64,000 nt of DNA from Patescibacteria group bacterium (GTDB taxonomy: Bacteria > Patescibacteriota > Microgenomatia > 2-02-FULL-39-11): the NCBI GenBank assembly GCA_023379265.1, contig JAMCUI010000004.1, positions 9,273-73,272 of the forward strand, in the 5' to 3' direction. Positions 29,766-40,684 of this stretch are shown here, one piece after another (the stretch's first letter is position 1; every line of letters starts with the position of its first letter). The notes under the pieces were generated by a model. The model was not told the DNA's origin. It saw nothing but the letters and a program-made list of their open reading frames with translations, and searched no databases. Position numbers and translations under genes: made by a program.

Positions 29766-31799
29766 ATGAACAATTACATATTAATGGCGGCGGGAGGAGG
29801 ACTTTTAGCGGTATTATATGGCCTTTTTCTTTCCGCCAGAATTTTCAGACTTCCTTCGGGCACTAAAGATATGCAGGATATATCAGACGCCATAGCCGAA
29901 GGTGCCTCAGCATTCCTCAATAGGCAATATAAAACAGTAGCAGCAATAGCCTTGGTAATATTTGCTATATTATTTTATACACTTGGCCTTCTGTCTGCAG
30001 TTTCTTTTGCTGTTGGAGCCGCCTTTTCAGCCATGGCAGGCTTTATCGGCATGAACGTGTCAGTCCGGGCAAATGTAAAAACAGCCCAGGCGGCCAAAAA
30101 CGGTCTAAGTGACGCACTTGAAGTTGCTTTCAAAGGAGGTTCAGTAACAGGACTAATGGTTGCCGGTCTGGCACTTCTTGCTTTAAGTATAATTTTTTAT
30201 ATAGTCGTAGGAGGAAACCCCTCGGCAGTAAACTTACAACCGGTTGTAACTCTCAGTTTCGGAGCGTCGCTTATCTCTGTCTTTGCCCGTCTGGGTGGAG
30301 GTATTTATACAAAAGGAGCGGATGTCGGGACGGATATGGTCGGTAAAATTGAAAAAGGCATCCCGGAGGACGACCCAAGAAACCCAGGCGTGATTGCTGA
30401 CTTGGTAGGGGACAACGTTGGCGATGATGCCGGAATGGCCGCTGATCTTTTTGAGACTTATGTAGTGACCGCAACCGCTGCCATGCTTTTGGCACAGCTT
30501 ACTATGCCGGGCTTCACAAATGCCCTTGTTTTTCCATTAATTGTCGGCGCGGCGGCCATAGTCACCTCAATTATAGGCACGTTTTTCGTAAAACTGGGCA
30601 AGAACGGGAAAATTATGCCGGCACTTTATAAAGGACTTATAACGACAGCAGTACTTTCGGCCATAGTCTTTTATTTTGTCACAAAGGCAATCATGACAGG
30701 AAACGGCATGTACACAAGCCTTAACCTCTATCTTGCCAGCCTCATTGGAATAATAGTGACTATTGGCATGGTGGCAATAACCGAGTATTACACATCAAAA
30801 AATTATTCACCCGTAAAGGAAATTGCTCAAGCTGCAAATACAGGACACGGGACAAACATAATTGCGGGTCTTGCCATATCGATGAAATCCACACTTTTGC
30901 CAATATTATTGATATCAGCCGCCACACTTTCCGCCTACTATCTTGCAAATCTTTTTGGGATTGCTATTGCTGCAGTTGCCATGTTATCTCTTACCGGAAT
31001 TGTTGTCGCAATTGACGCCTTTGGTCCAATCACAGATAACGCAGGAGGAATAGCAGAGATGACAAACCAGCCGGAAAAAGTCAGGGAAGTAACGGACGCT
31101 CTGGATGCTGTCGGCAATACAACTAAAGCAGTAACCAAAGCCTACGCCATAGCATCGGCCGGTCTTGCAGCTTTAGTCCTTTTTGCCAGCTATACCCAGG
31201 AATTGTCAAAATCCGTAGTCTTAAACACGCTGCAGCTGACAGCCAGTTTTTCTCTCTCTGATCCAAAAGTGCTTGTCGGTCTGCTCATAGGCGCAGCCTT
31301 ACCTTATTTTTTTGGCGCCCTCGCTATGGAAGCGGTCGGGAAAGCTGCTGAAGCGGTAGTAATAGAAGTGAGGCGGCAGTTTAAGGAAATCAAAGGAATA
31401 ATGCAAGGTAAAGCCAAACCCCAATATGGGGTAGCTGTAGATATAGTCACGAAATCAGCATTAAAAGAGATGATATTACCAGCCTGTCTTCCTGTAGCTA
31501 CTCCCATAATAGTAGGATTTATCCTGGGTCCTTATGCATTGGGAGGATTCCTTGTAGGAACAATTGTTACGGGTCTTTTTGTAGCAATCTCCATGACGAC
31601 CGGCGGGGCTGCCTGGGATAACGCCAAGAAATATATCGAAGAAGGCCATTTTGGCGGGAAAGGCAGTCCGGCTCACCAGGCTGCGGTCACCGGCGATACG
31701 GTAGGAGACCCTTATAAAGATACCGCCGGTCCCGCTATAAACCCGATGATAAAGGTAGCAAACATTGTTGCGTTACTGATAGCAGGCTTTATTCATTAA
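29766..31799 (+). CDS. hppA: membrane-bound H+-translocating (V-type) pyrophosphatase
   Basis: [17 protein letters not shown] and [17 protein letters not shown] motifs, about 16 TM helices. Preceded by a Shine-Dalgarno sequence (AGGAGG). Confidence 0.95.
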   Translation: MNNYILMAAGGGLLAVLYGLFLSARIFRLPSGTKDMQDISDAIAEGASAFLNRQYKTVAAIALVIFAILFYTLGLLSAVSFAVGAAFSAMAGFIGMNVSVRANVKTAQAAKNGLSDALEVAFKGGSVTGLMVAGLALLALSIIFYIVVGGNPSAVNLQPVVTLSFGASLISVFARLGGGIYTKGADVGTDMVGKIEKGIPEDDPRNPGVIADLVGDNVGDDAGMAADLFETYVVTATAAMLLAQLTMPGFTNALVFPLIVGAAAIVTSIIGTFFVKLGKNGKIMPALYKGLITTAVLSAIVFYFVTKAIMTGNGMYTSLNLYLASLIGIIVTIGMVAITEYYTSKNYSPVKEIAQAANTGHGTNIIAGLAISMKSTLLPILLISAATLSAYYLANLFGIAIAAVAMLSLTGIVVAIDAFGPITDNAGGIAEMTNQPEKVREVTDALDAVGNTTKAVTKAYAIASAGLAALVLFASYTQELSKSVVLNTLQLTASFSLSDPKVLVGLLIGAALPYFFGALAMEAVGKAAEAVVIEVRRQFKEIKGIMQGKAKPQYGVAVDIVTKSALKEMILPACLPVATPIIVGFILGPYALGGFLVGTIVTGLFVAISMTTGGAAWDNAKKYIEEGHFGGKGSPAHQAAVTGDTVGDPYKDTAGPAINPMIKVANIVALLIAGFIH

Positions 31800-31877
31800 A
31801 AGTCAGGACCTGCCATTAATCCTATGATTAAAGTGGCAAATATTGTGGCTCTCCTTATCGCAGGATTTATACATTAA
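31800..31877 (+). repeat. in-frame duplicate of the hppA 3' end (KS + [23 protein letters not shown]), diverged only at synonymous sites
   Basis: 23 codons give identical amino acids, with 16 third-position or synonymous nucleotide differences relative to the hppA end. Confidence 0.85.
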
Positions 31878-32025
31878 GGTTTACGCGCAAGAATGTCTTC
31901 CGAAATGGCCGGTTGAAGAGATTTCCAATCATTAAAAGTAGATGGTAACTTTAATGAAAAATAAGTGAAATTTGTAAAAAGACTGCCGGAAACAGTAAAT
32001 CTTATAAAACAATTGTTAAATTATT

Positions 32026-34596
32026 ATGAATGACATAGGCAAATTACAGCACTCGGAGATAACTGCAGAGATGAAGCGCAGCTACCTGGACTATGCCATG
32101 AGCGTCATAGTCTCGCGTGCTCTACCAGACGTGCGTGACGGCTTAAAACCGGTACACAGGCGCATACTTTATGCCATGCATCAGATGGGACTCCATTTCT
32201 CCGGTAAAAATACCAAATCCGCCAAGGTAGTCGGAGAAGTGTTGGGAAAATACCATCCTCACGGGGATATGCCGGTATACGACGCTTTAGTACGTCTGGC
32301 ACAGGAATTTTCCATGCGCTATCCCCTCATCAAGGGTCAGGGTAATTTTGGCTCAGTGGATGGAGATCCACCGGCAGCTATGCGTTATACGGAAGTAAAA
32401 CTAGCCAAAATTGCCGAGGAAATGCTTCTTGATATTGAAAAAGAGACGGTAAAATTTTCCGATAATTTTGACGGAACTCTTAAGGAACCGGACTGGTTGC
32501 CGGCCAAACTGCCAAATCTTCTCCTTATGGGTTCAGACGGAATAGCGGTAGGCATGGCTACCAAAATACCTCCCCATAATCTCTCAGAGATTGTTGATGC
32601 CATAGTTTATGCCCTTGGGAAAAGCAAGTTTGTAAAAAAAGAGGAAGAAACATCCGACATCACGCAACTGGCCTCAAACAACCAGTCCTCACCGGTCAAG
32701 AAAAAAAGCGAGGAAAAACAACCAGCAGTACAAACAGTTCTGAAAACCGATGTAACTTTGGACGAGTTAATGCAGTTTGTAAACGGACCGGACTTCCCTA
32801 CAGGTGCCGCAATCTATGACATGGAAGAGATAAAAAATGCTTATGCCACCGGACGGGGCAAAATCATCATGCGTGCCAAAGCCGAAATTGAAGAAATAGG
32901 CAATGGCAAATCAGCCATAATCGTAACTGAAATACCTTATCAGGTAAACAAAGCCATGCTTATAGCCAAAATTGCCCAACTGGTCAAAGACAAAAAAATT
33001 GAGGGCATATCGGACCTCCGGGATGAATCAGACAGACATGGTATAAGGGTAGTAGTGGAACTCAAACGCGATGCCGTACCCAAAAAAGTCCTCAATAATC
33101 TTTTCAAACACACTGAAATGCAATCAAGCTTCCCTGTAAATATGGTAGCCCTCGTTGAGGGCACACCCCAAACCCTAACCCTTAAAATGATCGTTGAGGA
33201 ATACATAAAACACCGCCACCAGGTCATAAAACGCCGCAGCGAGTTTGAACTCCGGGAGGCCAAAGCCCGCGAACATATTCTGGAAGGCCTAAAAATTGCC
33301 GTAGACCATATCGATGAAGTAATAGAGATCATAAAACGAGCAAAAGATGTAGAGGACGCAAAGATAAAACTCATGTCCAAATTTTCGCTCAGCGACATCC
33401 AGTCACAAGCGATTTTGGATATGCAACTGAAGCGCCTGGCTGCCCTTGAAAGGCAGAAAATTGAGGATGAACTGGCAATGATAAGGGAAACAATAGCTTA
33501 TCTTACAGACCTTCTTTCCCACCCAGAAAAAATTCTGGTAGTGATAAAGGACGAACTCCTGAAACTGAAAGAAAAATATGGCGATGAGAGACAAACCAGA
33601 GTTTACAAATCAAAAGTCGGCGAATTCTCAGACGAGCAGCTTATACCAAATGAAGAGACTGTCATCGTCATTACAAAGACTGGTTATGTCAAAAGACAGT
33701 CACCCTCATCATTTAAGCTTCAGGCAAGAGGCGGAAAAGGTGTAATAGGAATTACAACCAAAGAGGAAGACAGCATACAGCATTTGCTTTCCGCTTTTAC
33801 ACACGACAATATCCTTTTCTTTACCAATAAAGGCAAAGTCTACCAGCTGCGGGTCTGGGATCTGCCTGAGGGCACAAGGATAAGCAAAGGCCAGGCCATA
33901 GTAAACCTCATCAATATCGACCAAAACGAGCTTGTAACGTCTGTCCTTTCCTACGCGCTAAAGGGAGAAGAAAGCAAAAAATATTCATACATCACCATGG
34001 CCACAAAAAAAGGAACAGTAAAGAAATCAAAACTCAAAGAATATGAAAACATAAGACGAAGCGGACTTATAGCTATCAAACTTGAGTCAGGTGACGAATT
34101 GACATGGGCCAAACTATCTACAGGAGAGGACAGCGTGCTTATGGTCTCGCACGAGGGTAAATCCATCAAATTTTCAGAAAAAGAAGTACGCCCCACCGGA
34201 CGTGACACAATGGGTGTAAGAGGAATACTTATAGGAAGTGAAGATTATGTCATAGGCATGGAGATAATTGGTCCAGACAGCAAGTCACTTGATTTCCTTA
34301 CAATAATGGAAAAAGGTATAGGCAAAAAGACACCCACGTCTGGATTTCCCATGCAACACAGGGGTGGACAGGGAGTCAAAGTAGCCCAGGTTACACCCAA
34401 AACAGGAAAAGTGGCCTGCGCGCAGCTTATACCCGCCGACTGTCAAAATCTGGTTTTGACTTCCCACAAGGGACAAGTAGTCAAACTTCCAATCATTTCC
34501 GTACCAAAACTGTCCCGTGCTACTCAAGGGGTCATCCTGATGCGATTTTCCACAGATAAAAATGACTCAATAGCGGGTGCTACCTGTCTTGCATAA
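32026..34596 (+). CDS. gyrA: DNA gyrase subunit A
   Basis: [16 protein letters not shown] and [19 protein letters not shown] motifs, with C-terminal beta-pinwheel repeats. Confidence 0.95.
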   Translation: MNDIGKLQHSEITAEMKRSYLDYAMSVIVSRALPDVRDGLKPVHRRILYAMHQMGLHFSGKNTKSAKVVGEVLGKYHPHGDMPVYDALVRLAQEFSMRYPLIKGQGNFGSVDGDPPAAMRYTEVKLAKIAEEMLLDIEKETVKFSDNFDGTLKEPDWLPAKLPNLLLMGSDGIAVGMATKIPPHNLSEIVDAIVYALGKSKFVKKEEETSDITQLASNNQSSPVKKKSEEKQPAVQTVLKTDVTLDELMQFVNGPDFPTGAAIYDMEEIKNAYATGRGKIIMRAKAEIEEIGNGKSAIIVTEIPYQVNKAMLIAKIAQLVKDKKIEGISDLRDESDRHGIRVVVELKRDAVPKKVLNNLFKHTEMQSSFPVNMVALVEGTPQTLTLKMIVEEYIKHRHQVIKRRSEFELREAKAREHILEGLKIAVDHIDEVIEIIKRAKDVEDAKIKLMSKFSLSDIQSQAILDMQLKRLAALERQKIEDELAMIRETIAYLTDLLSHPEKILVVIKDELLKLKEKYGDERQTRVYKSKVGEFSDEQLIPNEETVIVITKTGYVKRQSPSSFKLQARGGKGVIGITTKEEDSIQHLLSAFTHDNILFFTNKGKVYQLRVWDLPEGTRISKGQAIVNLINIDQNELVTSVLSYALKGEESKKYSYITMATKKGTVKKSKLKEYENIRRSGLIAIKLESGDELTWAKLSTGEDSVLMVSHEGKSIKFSEKEVRPTGRDTMGVRGILIGSEDYVIGMEIIGPDSKSLDFLTIMEKGIGKKTPTSGFPMQHRGGQGVKVAQVTPKTGKVACAQLIPADCQNLVLTSHKGQVVKLPIISVPKLSRATQGVILMRFSTDKNDSIAGATCLA

Positions 34597-34631
34597 AAAG
34601 CTGGAAGTAAATAAATTCTCGGACATTTTCA

Positions 34632-35471
34632 ATGAAAATTGACGGCAGAAAAATCGCCTACGGAATAAAAAATAGCCTGAAGAAGCAGGTAAACATCATC
34701 CTTTCTCAAAATATTTCTCCTCATCTTGCGGTAATTATTGTCGGGAAGGATAAAAGTTCGCTTGCCTACGTCAGGCAAAAACAAATAACCGGCGCCGATA
34801 TTGGAGTAAAAGTATCTGTAATATCCTTTCCTGATAATCTGGCGCAAAATAAGCTTTTTTCAGAAATTGACCGATTGAACCAAGATCGGTCAGTCCATGG
34901 CATCATAATCCAAAGGCCTCTACCAATAACCGTAGACAATATAAAACTTGATAAGGCCGTAACTCCACAAAAAGATGTTGATGGCTTTCACAAAAATTCC
35001 TTATTCCGCCCGCCAATAGCCCTAGCCATAATGCATATATTACATAATATATTTAGCACTATAAAAAATGATAAAAATGAAAGTTTTTCCGGCTGGCTTT
35101 CAAAAAAGAAAATACTGGTCATCGGTAGGGGAGAGACTGGTGGTAAACCTATAGCAAATTATTTGATGAAAAATAATTTATCTATAACTATAGCTCATAG
35201 TAAAACAACCGACTTAAAAAGGGCGTGTCTTACCTCGGAAATTATCGTAAGCTGTGTAGGGAAGTCAAACATTGTGCGACATGATATGATAACAAATAAA
35301 ACAATCCTGATTGGAGTCGGACTGCACCCTGAGGATAACAAACTACGGTCTGATTATGATGAAGCTGAAATCGCCCAAAGAGCCGCTTTTTACACACCAG
35401 TTCCAGGAGGTGTAGGACCTGTTAATGTAGCATGTCTCTTTGAAAATCTAGTTAAAGCGTGTAAGATATAG
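34632..35471 (+). CDS. folD: bifunctional methylenetetrahydrofolate dehydrogenase / cyclohydrolase
   Basis: AYVRQKQ ... VIGRGETGGKPIANYL ... TPVPGGVGPVNVACLFENL. Confidence 0.9.
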   Translation: MKIDGRKIAYGIKNSLKKQVNIILSQNISPHLAVIIVGKDKSSLAYVRQKQITGADIGVKVSVISFPDNLAQNKLFSEIDRLNQDRSVHGIIIQRPLPITVDNIKLDKAVTPQKDVDGFHKNSLFRPPIALAIMHILHNIFSTIKNDKNESFSGWLSKKKILVIGRGETGGKPIANYLMKNNLSITIAHSKTTDLKRACLTSEIIVSCVGKSNIVRHDMITNKTILIGVGLHPEDNKLRSDYDEAEIAQRAAFYTPVPGGVGPVNVACLFENLVKACKI

Positions 35472-35628
35472 AAGATTTTACAGATCTACCGGACCTGTTA
35501 ATGTAGCATGTCTCTTTGAAAATCTAGTTAAAGCGTGTAAGATATAGAAGATTTTACAGATCTACCGGACCTGTTAATGTAGCATGTCTCTTTGAAAATC
35601 TAGTTAAAGCGTGTAAGATATAGAAGAT
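35415..35628. repeat. 76-bp tandem repeat x2.8 whose first copy is the 3' end of folD
   Basis: Unit starts at 35415, 35491 and 35567. The last copy is truncated. Confidence 0.9.
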
Positions 35629-36284
35629 TAATACCTCTTATCAATAAACTCCATTTTCCCGTTATCAATCTTTAAGTACTGACCATAACCCCAGCGAATA
35701 AAACCTGTATTTATATATCTCTCCCTTAAATTAAACTCAGCCAGATGACTGTGTCCGCATACCAAAACAGTATTTTCCGGAAGATTGCTATTTAACCATT
35801 TTCTCATCCGGTTATTCTGACTTTTATAATAACTAAGTAGCGGCTTGCCCAAAATGGCCAAAGGTATCTTTTCCCGCAAAAACTGGTAAGCAGCCGTCAG
35901 TATCCGGCCATGAGGCAACCACAAATACCTGTCGTCAGCAGCTGGAGCTATACGGCAACCGTGCTCTATATGCAGGATTTTACCTCCGGCTTTCATTTTA
36001 TATATGTTCCGCTGGCTGACCGAAAAAAGATTCAAACTTTTATCAGACAGGCTTTTCCGGTCATGGTTACCAAAAAGATAAATAGTTTCCCGGGATTTTA
36101 ACAAAGGGAATAATTTTTTCCAGCCGCTTTCGAGAAAATCATCAAGGCTAACAATATACCCATCCCAGAAATCGCCATTTATTATCACTCTATCGGCAGG
36201 AGTGATAAGTCTGGTAAGGAAATCAAATTTAGTCTTTTCAAACTTTTTTGTCAGATGAGTATCTGAAAACACTACGGAAATCAT
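35628..36284 (-). CDS. calcineurin-like metallophosphoesterase
   Basis: VFSDTHL, INGDFWD, GNHD and CGHSH motifs. I chose the internal Met (MISVVFSDTHL) to avoid overlap with the xer gene. Confidence 0.7.
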   Translation of the reverse strand: MISVVFSDTHLTKKFEKTKFDFLTRLITPADRVIINGDFWDGYIVSLDDFLESGWKKLFPLLKSRETIYLFGNHDRKSLSDKSLNLFSVSQRNIYKMKAGGKILHIEHGCRIAPAADDRYLWLPHGRILTAAYQFLREKIPLAILGKPLLSYYKSQNNRMRKWLNSNLPENTVLVCGHSHLAEFNLRERYINTGFIRWGYGQYLKIDNGKMEFIDKRY

Positions 36285-36300
36285 ATGCAAACGTGAAAAG

Positions 36301-37245
36301 TTACTTGCGGTGAAATTTTTGATGAACCTGGCGCAGCTGCGGGTTAGTGACGTGTGTATATATCTGGGTTGTCGAAATATTTTTGTGCCCAAGCATCTCC
36401 TGGATCGAGCGCAAATCAGCTCCGGCTGACAATAAATCTGTGGCAAATGAATGTCTCAGCCCGTGCGGTGTAATCTTTACAGGCAACCTGGCTTTTTTGA
36501 CATATTTCTCCACAATCCTTTGGACTGAACGTACATTCAGTCTTGCCGCCTCATTTTCCCGTCCCGGTGAAGCTTTCCTGCCCGCATAACGAATAAATAA
36601 TGGCGAAAACGTATCCTCCCTTTCCTTCAAGTAGCGCTCAAGCCACAGGACTGCTGAATCTGACAGAAAGACTACCCTAGGCCGTCCGCCCTTTCCTATC
36701 ACACCAAACTCTTTTCTTTCAAGATTTATGGAGTCGCGGTTGAGCCGCGTCAGTTCGCTCACGCGAAGTCCGGTGCTAAAAAGCACCTCTAATATGGCTT
36801 TATCCCTCATGCCCTGGGGCGTAGAGATATTGGGCATATTCAAAAGCCTTTCAACCATCTCCCGATCAAGAAACTTCAGCGATCTGCTCTCCGCCTTTCC
36901 CAACTCTACTTTTTCAGGATTCAGAGTGGGCTTATCCTGCCTTATAAGAAACCTCAAGAAAGCCCTAAGTGCAATCAGATGATAATTTTGCGTAATGTGT
37001 TTGAGAGTCAGACCGTGGTCATCTGAATATCTGGATAAAAATAACCTGTAATCCCTTACCGTTTCTGCCTTTATTGAGTCTGTATCTGATATAGTAGGGG
37101 ATTGCAAGGCTCCAAATTGCAAAAACCTGTTTAGATAATGCCTGTAGTTCCTGATCGTTAACCTCGAACAATTCCGTTCAAGTTCCAAATAGATCAGAAA
37201 CTGATCAATCGCTTCAGATAGCTTCATTCTTACATTTTGCGACAT
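36301..37245 (-). CDS. tyrosine site-specific recombinase, XerC/XerD family
   Basis: C-terminal HGLRHSFATDLLSAGADLRSIQEMLGHKNISTTQIYTHV carries the R-H-R-Y catalytic signature. Confidence 0.85.
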   Translation of the reverse strand: MSQNVRMKLSEAIDQFLIYLELERNCSRLTIRNYRHYLNRFLQFGALQSPTISDTDSIKAETVRDYRLFLSRYSDDHGLTLKHITQNYHLIALRAFLRFLIRQDKPTLNPEKVELGKAESRSLKFLDREMVERLLNMPNISTPQGMRDKAILEVLFSTGLRVSELTRLNRDSINLERKEFGVIGKGGRPRVVFLSDSAVLWLERYLKEREDTFSPLFIRYAGRKASPGRENEAARLNVRSVQRIVEKYVKKARLPVKITPHGLRHSFATDLLSAGADLRSIQEMLGHKNISTTQIYTHVTNPQLRQVHQKFHRK

Positions 37246-38917
37246 CTATATATATTTGTCAAATTTTATCCGTCTTGAACTCATCTCGATATACTCACGT
37301 AACTTCGGTTTGCAATTGAGTTACTCAGTATATACCCCTCATAAATTGCTTCTGTCCGGGCTGGAAAATCAAAGGAACAAAGTGCCAGATTTGGTTAAAT
37401 TACTTCCGGAATGTCATATCAATACGAAAACGCAACAAACCAGTCAAGAAAATTAAAAAGGTGGAAAATCAGAATCGTTGTCAAAATACAGGTTTTAACC
37501 TTCATTCCTGGCCTCCTATAATCGTTTTTGAGGGCTTTAATTTGATTAGGATGTATATTTAGTCATCTTAACCCTAAAAGGTAAGAACCGTTTTATTTAG
37601 TTTGAGAAAATAGCATTTTACATAATAGAAGTTTTGACGGACCTATCGTAAATTTGACGGATAACTGATTTATAAAGAAAAAGAGAATTATAAATAAGAA
37701 AGACAATTCAACAACTTAATTTATAAATATCACTACGAAAATCTAAGCAGATGAATATGGTAAAAATTGGCACTTCTCCGGAGATCCGTGCGTATATATG
37801 TCGCAAAAGATATATTGTGCGACAATATAGCAATCCATATCCCCGGCCTTTTTTTAACGAAAGATTCTCTTCTTTACCTATATCATAAAAATGAGAATAA
37901 ATACCGGGGAAGGTAGAGACTCATACCGGTCAAATCTGCCAGGAATAAATAAACCGTTCGTCATCGAATAACCAATTAACAGTGCTTGCTGGACAGAATA
38001 TGTTTGGTCCATAGAGAGGCTTTCGGTTTTTTTCTTCTCTACACTATTTAGATCTATATAACGCTCTAAACTCATATATCTGAAGCTAAAATTATTATCT
38101 TCTACTTGCATTAAATACGGAATAGAGCGTCATCAAAATCTAAACAACTATTTTCGTGGCTAATATACTCTATTTATCCGATTATCTATATGGAATTATA
38201 CTCAATTTAGCGCATAACAACGCTCTGATTTCTAATTTTTGAGGCTAATCTTTCATTATGCCTTTTCTGTACACGTATTACTAGAGAGCATTATGACGCT
38301 CTAATCCTTTTATTATGAAGCTAAGTATTTTTCGACATTTCTTATTCGTTACTTTAATGTAAGAGTAAAAATAAGTCCTATAGTTTAGGGCTTCGCAATA
38401 GTCCAAATATTTAATTCTAAAGCTAAATCAACTTTCATTTATTATATGAATATCTATGGTATAGAGCATAATGATGCTCCATTCTCTCTTTATTTAAGCT
38501 AATAGGAAAACTGTAAACCTCTATACGGATAATTGCTATAAAATATAGTTTAGGGCTTTATTAGGCTCCATAGCAATCACGTTGAGGCTAATTTTTTGGT
38601 ATTTTAGGATAATAAAGATAGTATAGAAGGTCATGATGCTCTAAACTAACAATGTTATGCGTAATTAATTTGTTCAGTCAGGCATATGTGTTTTCACTTA
38701 CACTTTGAGAGTGATACCGTGAAAAGTCGGTACAAATATTCGTGAAAAGTTATCCACATTACTATAGGATACTATAGGCTTTTGTACCATATCAAACTAT
38801 ATCACTACTCTACTTCCCCATTCCCGCCACAACTTTTAAATTTCTTTGGACTAAATAAATTCTTGATAATAAAACTTCCTAATTCTAAATTGGAAATTAA
38901 AAATTGAAATTAACCGG
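37246..38917. other. 1.67-kb ORF-free AT-rich region with a degenerate palindromic repeat family, one perfect DnaA box and an inverted duplicate of the xer gene 5' end
   Basis: No ORF of 80 aa or more in any frame. Imperfect palindromes of form tAGAGCnnnATGAyGCTCtaa recur about nine times between 38060 and 38650. TTATCCACA at 38750-38758. Confidence 0.6.
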
Positions 38918-39763
38918 TCAACCCCAAGCTGTAGTAACAAAAGCCACCAGGAAGGTAAAAATAAAGGCAAAAATATATTCCCGCACCGTGTTGGCAAAAA
39001 GCCTATCCTGGATTTTCTGCTGCAATATGCCTACCATCGCATAAAAACCAGACGCCACAAGAAGAGACACTGTAGATATCTGGATCGGCCAGAAAGAAAT
39101 TACCATTGCCAATTCCCCTACTAATATTCCGATAATGACGGAATATGATATTGCCTCATTTGTAAGTTTTGATTCTAAGTTTACTGACCAAATAGACTGC
39201 AGAGACAAAAGTCCTGCAAAAGGAGACAATATAAGCATATTTGCCCAAAATGACATCCTGAAGGAGAAAACTATACTAGTCAAAAGAAACATGACAATAA
39301 GAGTAATAAGAAGCCCAATGCTTTGCGCCGCCCGCAAAAGTTGTATAGATCTCTCTGCGGCTACGTTATATATATTTTCTACCAGAAGATAAGCATAAGT
39401 TCCAATAGCAAAAACAGTTGCTATGGTCAACCTGATAATCCAGCGTGCTGGAAGCAGATAATAAAAAAGTGATACCGAGGCTGTAAAAACAACAGGAAGT
39501 ATAAATAAAAGCAACCACTCTGTTCCTCTTATGTCTTCAGCAAGAGACCAGGCAGTCAAAATGTACGACGCAACAGCAAGAAGCCCAACCATATAAAACC
39601 TGTAATCCTCCCAAACAAGCTGGGTCAAAAGAAGACCTCCCGATAAAATGAGCGTCTGGAGGGCAAACCTCTGTCTTTTAGAAAGGGAGTCCAATAAATC
39701 CCAATGCGGAATAACCCTCTCAAAACGTTTCTTCTTCTTTGGTTTTATATGAAAGTAGTTCAA
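38918..39763 (-). CDS. hypothetical polytopic membrane protein
   Basis: 281 aa with about 7 TM helices. No motif recognised. Confidence 0.5.
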   Translation of the reverse strand: MNYFHIKPKKKKRFERVIPHWDLLDSLSKRQRFALQTLILSGGLLLTQLVWEDYRFYMVGLLAVASYILTAWSLAEDIRGTEWLLLFILPVVFTASVSLFYYLLPARWIIRLTIATVFAIGTYAYLLVENIYNVAAERSIQLLRAAQSIGLLITLIVMFLLTSIVFSFRMSFWANMLILSPFAGLLSLQSIWSVNLESKLTNEAISYSVIIGILVGELAMVISFWPIQISTVSLLVASGFYAMVGILQQKIQDRLFANTVREYIFAFIFTFLVAFVTTAWG

Positions 39764-40506
39764 TGGAGTAAATTATCAGGAATATCAAAATTGGCAAAAA
39801 CTTTTTGCACATCTTCCAACTCTTCCAGTGAGGTAAGAAGGGATAAAACTTTTTGAGCAGTTTGGCTGTCATTTACCGGAATGGATGTCACCGGCCGGTA
39901 ATAAAGCTCAAAAGATGATACGGGTACCCCCGCTTGGGAAAGAGTCTCTTTTATTTTATGTACATCCTTGGGTTCTGTATAAACCTCAATATCATCACCT
40001 GTATCGTCAATGTCAATTGCCCCGGCATCAATTGCCTGCTCCATAACTTTATCATTGTCATTGCCGGTCTTTGGAATTGTTATAAGGCCAACATATTTGA
40101 AAAGGTGGGAAACGGCTCCAGTTGTAGCCAACACTCCTCCTCCCCTTTCCAAAACATTTTTTAAGTCAGAAACAGTCCGTTGCTTATTATTTGTTGCGGC
40201 CTCAATAATTATTCCCACTCCCGCCGGGCCGAAAGCCTCATACACAATTTCGTTTATCTCCTCCCCCTCTCCTCCTCCAGCTGCCCTCTCTATTGCCCTT
40301 TCTATATTCTCTTTGGGCATATTCAGACTTCTGGCTTTTTCCACTATCAGACGCAATTTGAAATTACTCTCAGGATCTTTTATCCCTCCGCCCTCCTTTA
40401 CAGCAACAATTATCGCATTGGCTATCTTTGTGAAAATTTTACCTTTTACGGCATCTGTCGCTTCTTTCTGGTGCTTGACCTTTGACCACTTGGAATGTCC
40501 GGACAT
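39760..40506 (-). CDS. yebC: YebC/PmpR-family transcriptional regulatory protein
   Basis: MSGHSKWSKVKHQKEATDAVKGKIFTKI... family signature. Confidence 0.9.
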   Translation of the reverse strand: MSGHSKWSKVKHQKEATDAVKGKIFTKIANAIIVAVKEGGGIKDPESNFKLRLIVEKARSLNMPKENIERAIERAAGGGEGEEINEIVYEAFGPAGVGIIIEAATNNKQRTVSDLKNVLERGGGVLATTGAVSHLFKYVGLITIPKTGNDNDKVMEQAIDAGAIDIDDTGDDIEVYTEPKDVHKIKETLSQAGVPVSSFELYYRPVTSIPVNDSQTAQKVLSLLTSLEELEDVQKVFANFDIPDNLLH

Positions 40507-40684
40507 ATTTTAATTATCCAATATTACTTAAATAAAAATTTGATAATTGGGAATTAGTAAGTTGGATATTTTATTTTATAACGCCTATTGACTTTTCTCA
40601 AGCCGCCACTTAAACTACCGTTATCTTTTTTTACAAAATAGGCATAATTTTCCTTAAAACATCGGCGGTTATTCATTCTTCTTT

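Noticed and set aside
35628-36446. 272-aa version of the metallophosphoesterase
   Set aside because: The N-terminal 54 aa overlap the xer gene and are Arg/Cys-rich junk. Conserved motifs begin at the internal Met (MISVVFSDTHL).
37878-38111. 77-aa ORF inside the ORF-free AT-rich region
   Set aside because: It has a low-complexity AT-rich translation and no start context. It probably arose by chance.
38195-38225. dif site (tagcgcataa-caacgc-tctgatttcta) matching the XerC-arm core GCGCATAA
   Set aside because: Only one arm matches. The putative XerD arm is poor (about 4 of 11).
38060-38650. Possible CRISPR array, because of palindromic repeats spaced 60-100 bp apart
   Set aside because: Repeat copies are highly degenerate, the spacing is irregular, and no cas genes are present in the window. 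Functional CRISPR repeats are near-identical within an array.
38750-38758. oriC call from a perfect DnaA box (TTATCCACA)
   Set aside because: A single 9-mer is expected by chance in 64 kb of AT-rich DNA, and no dnaA or dnaN is nearby. It is kept only as a hypothesis inside the finding for the 1.67-kb region.
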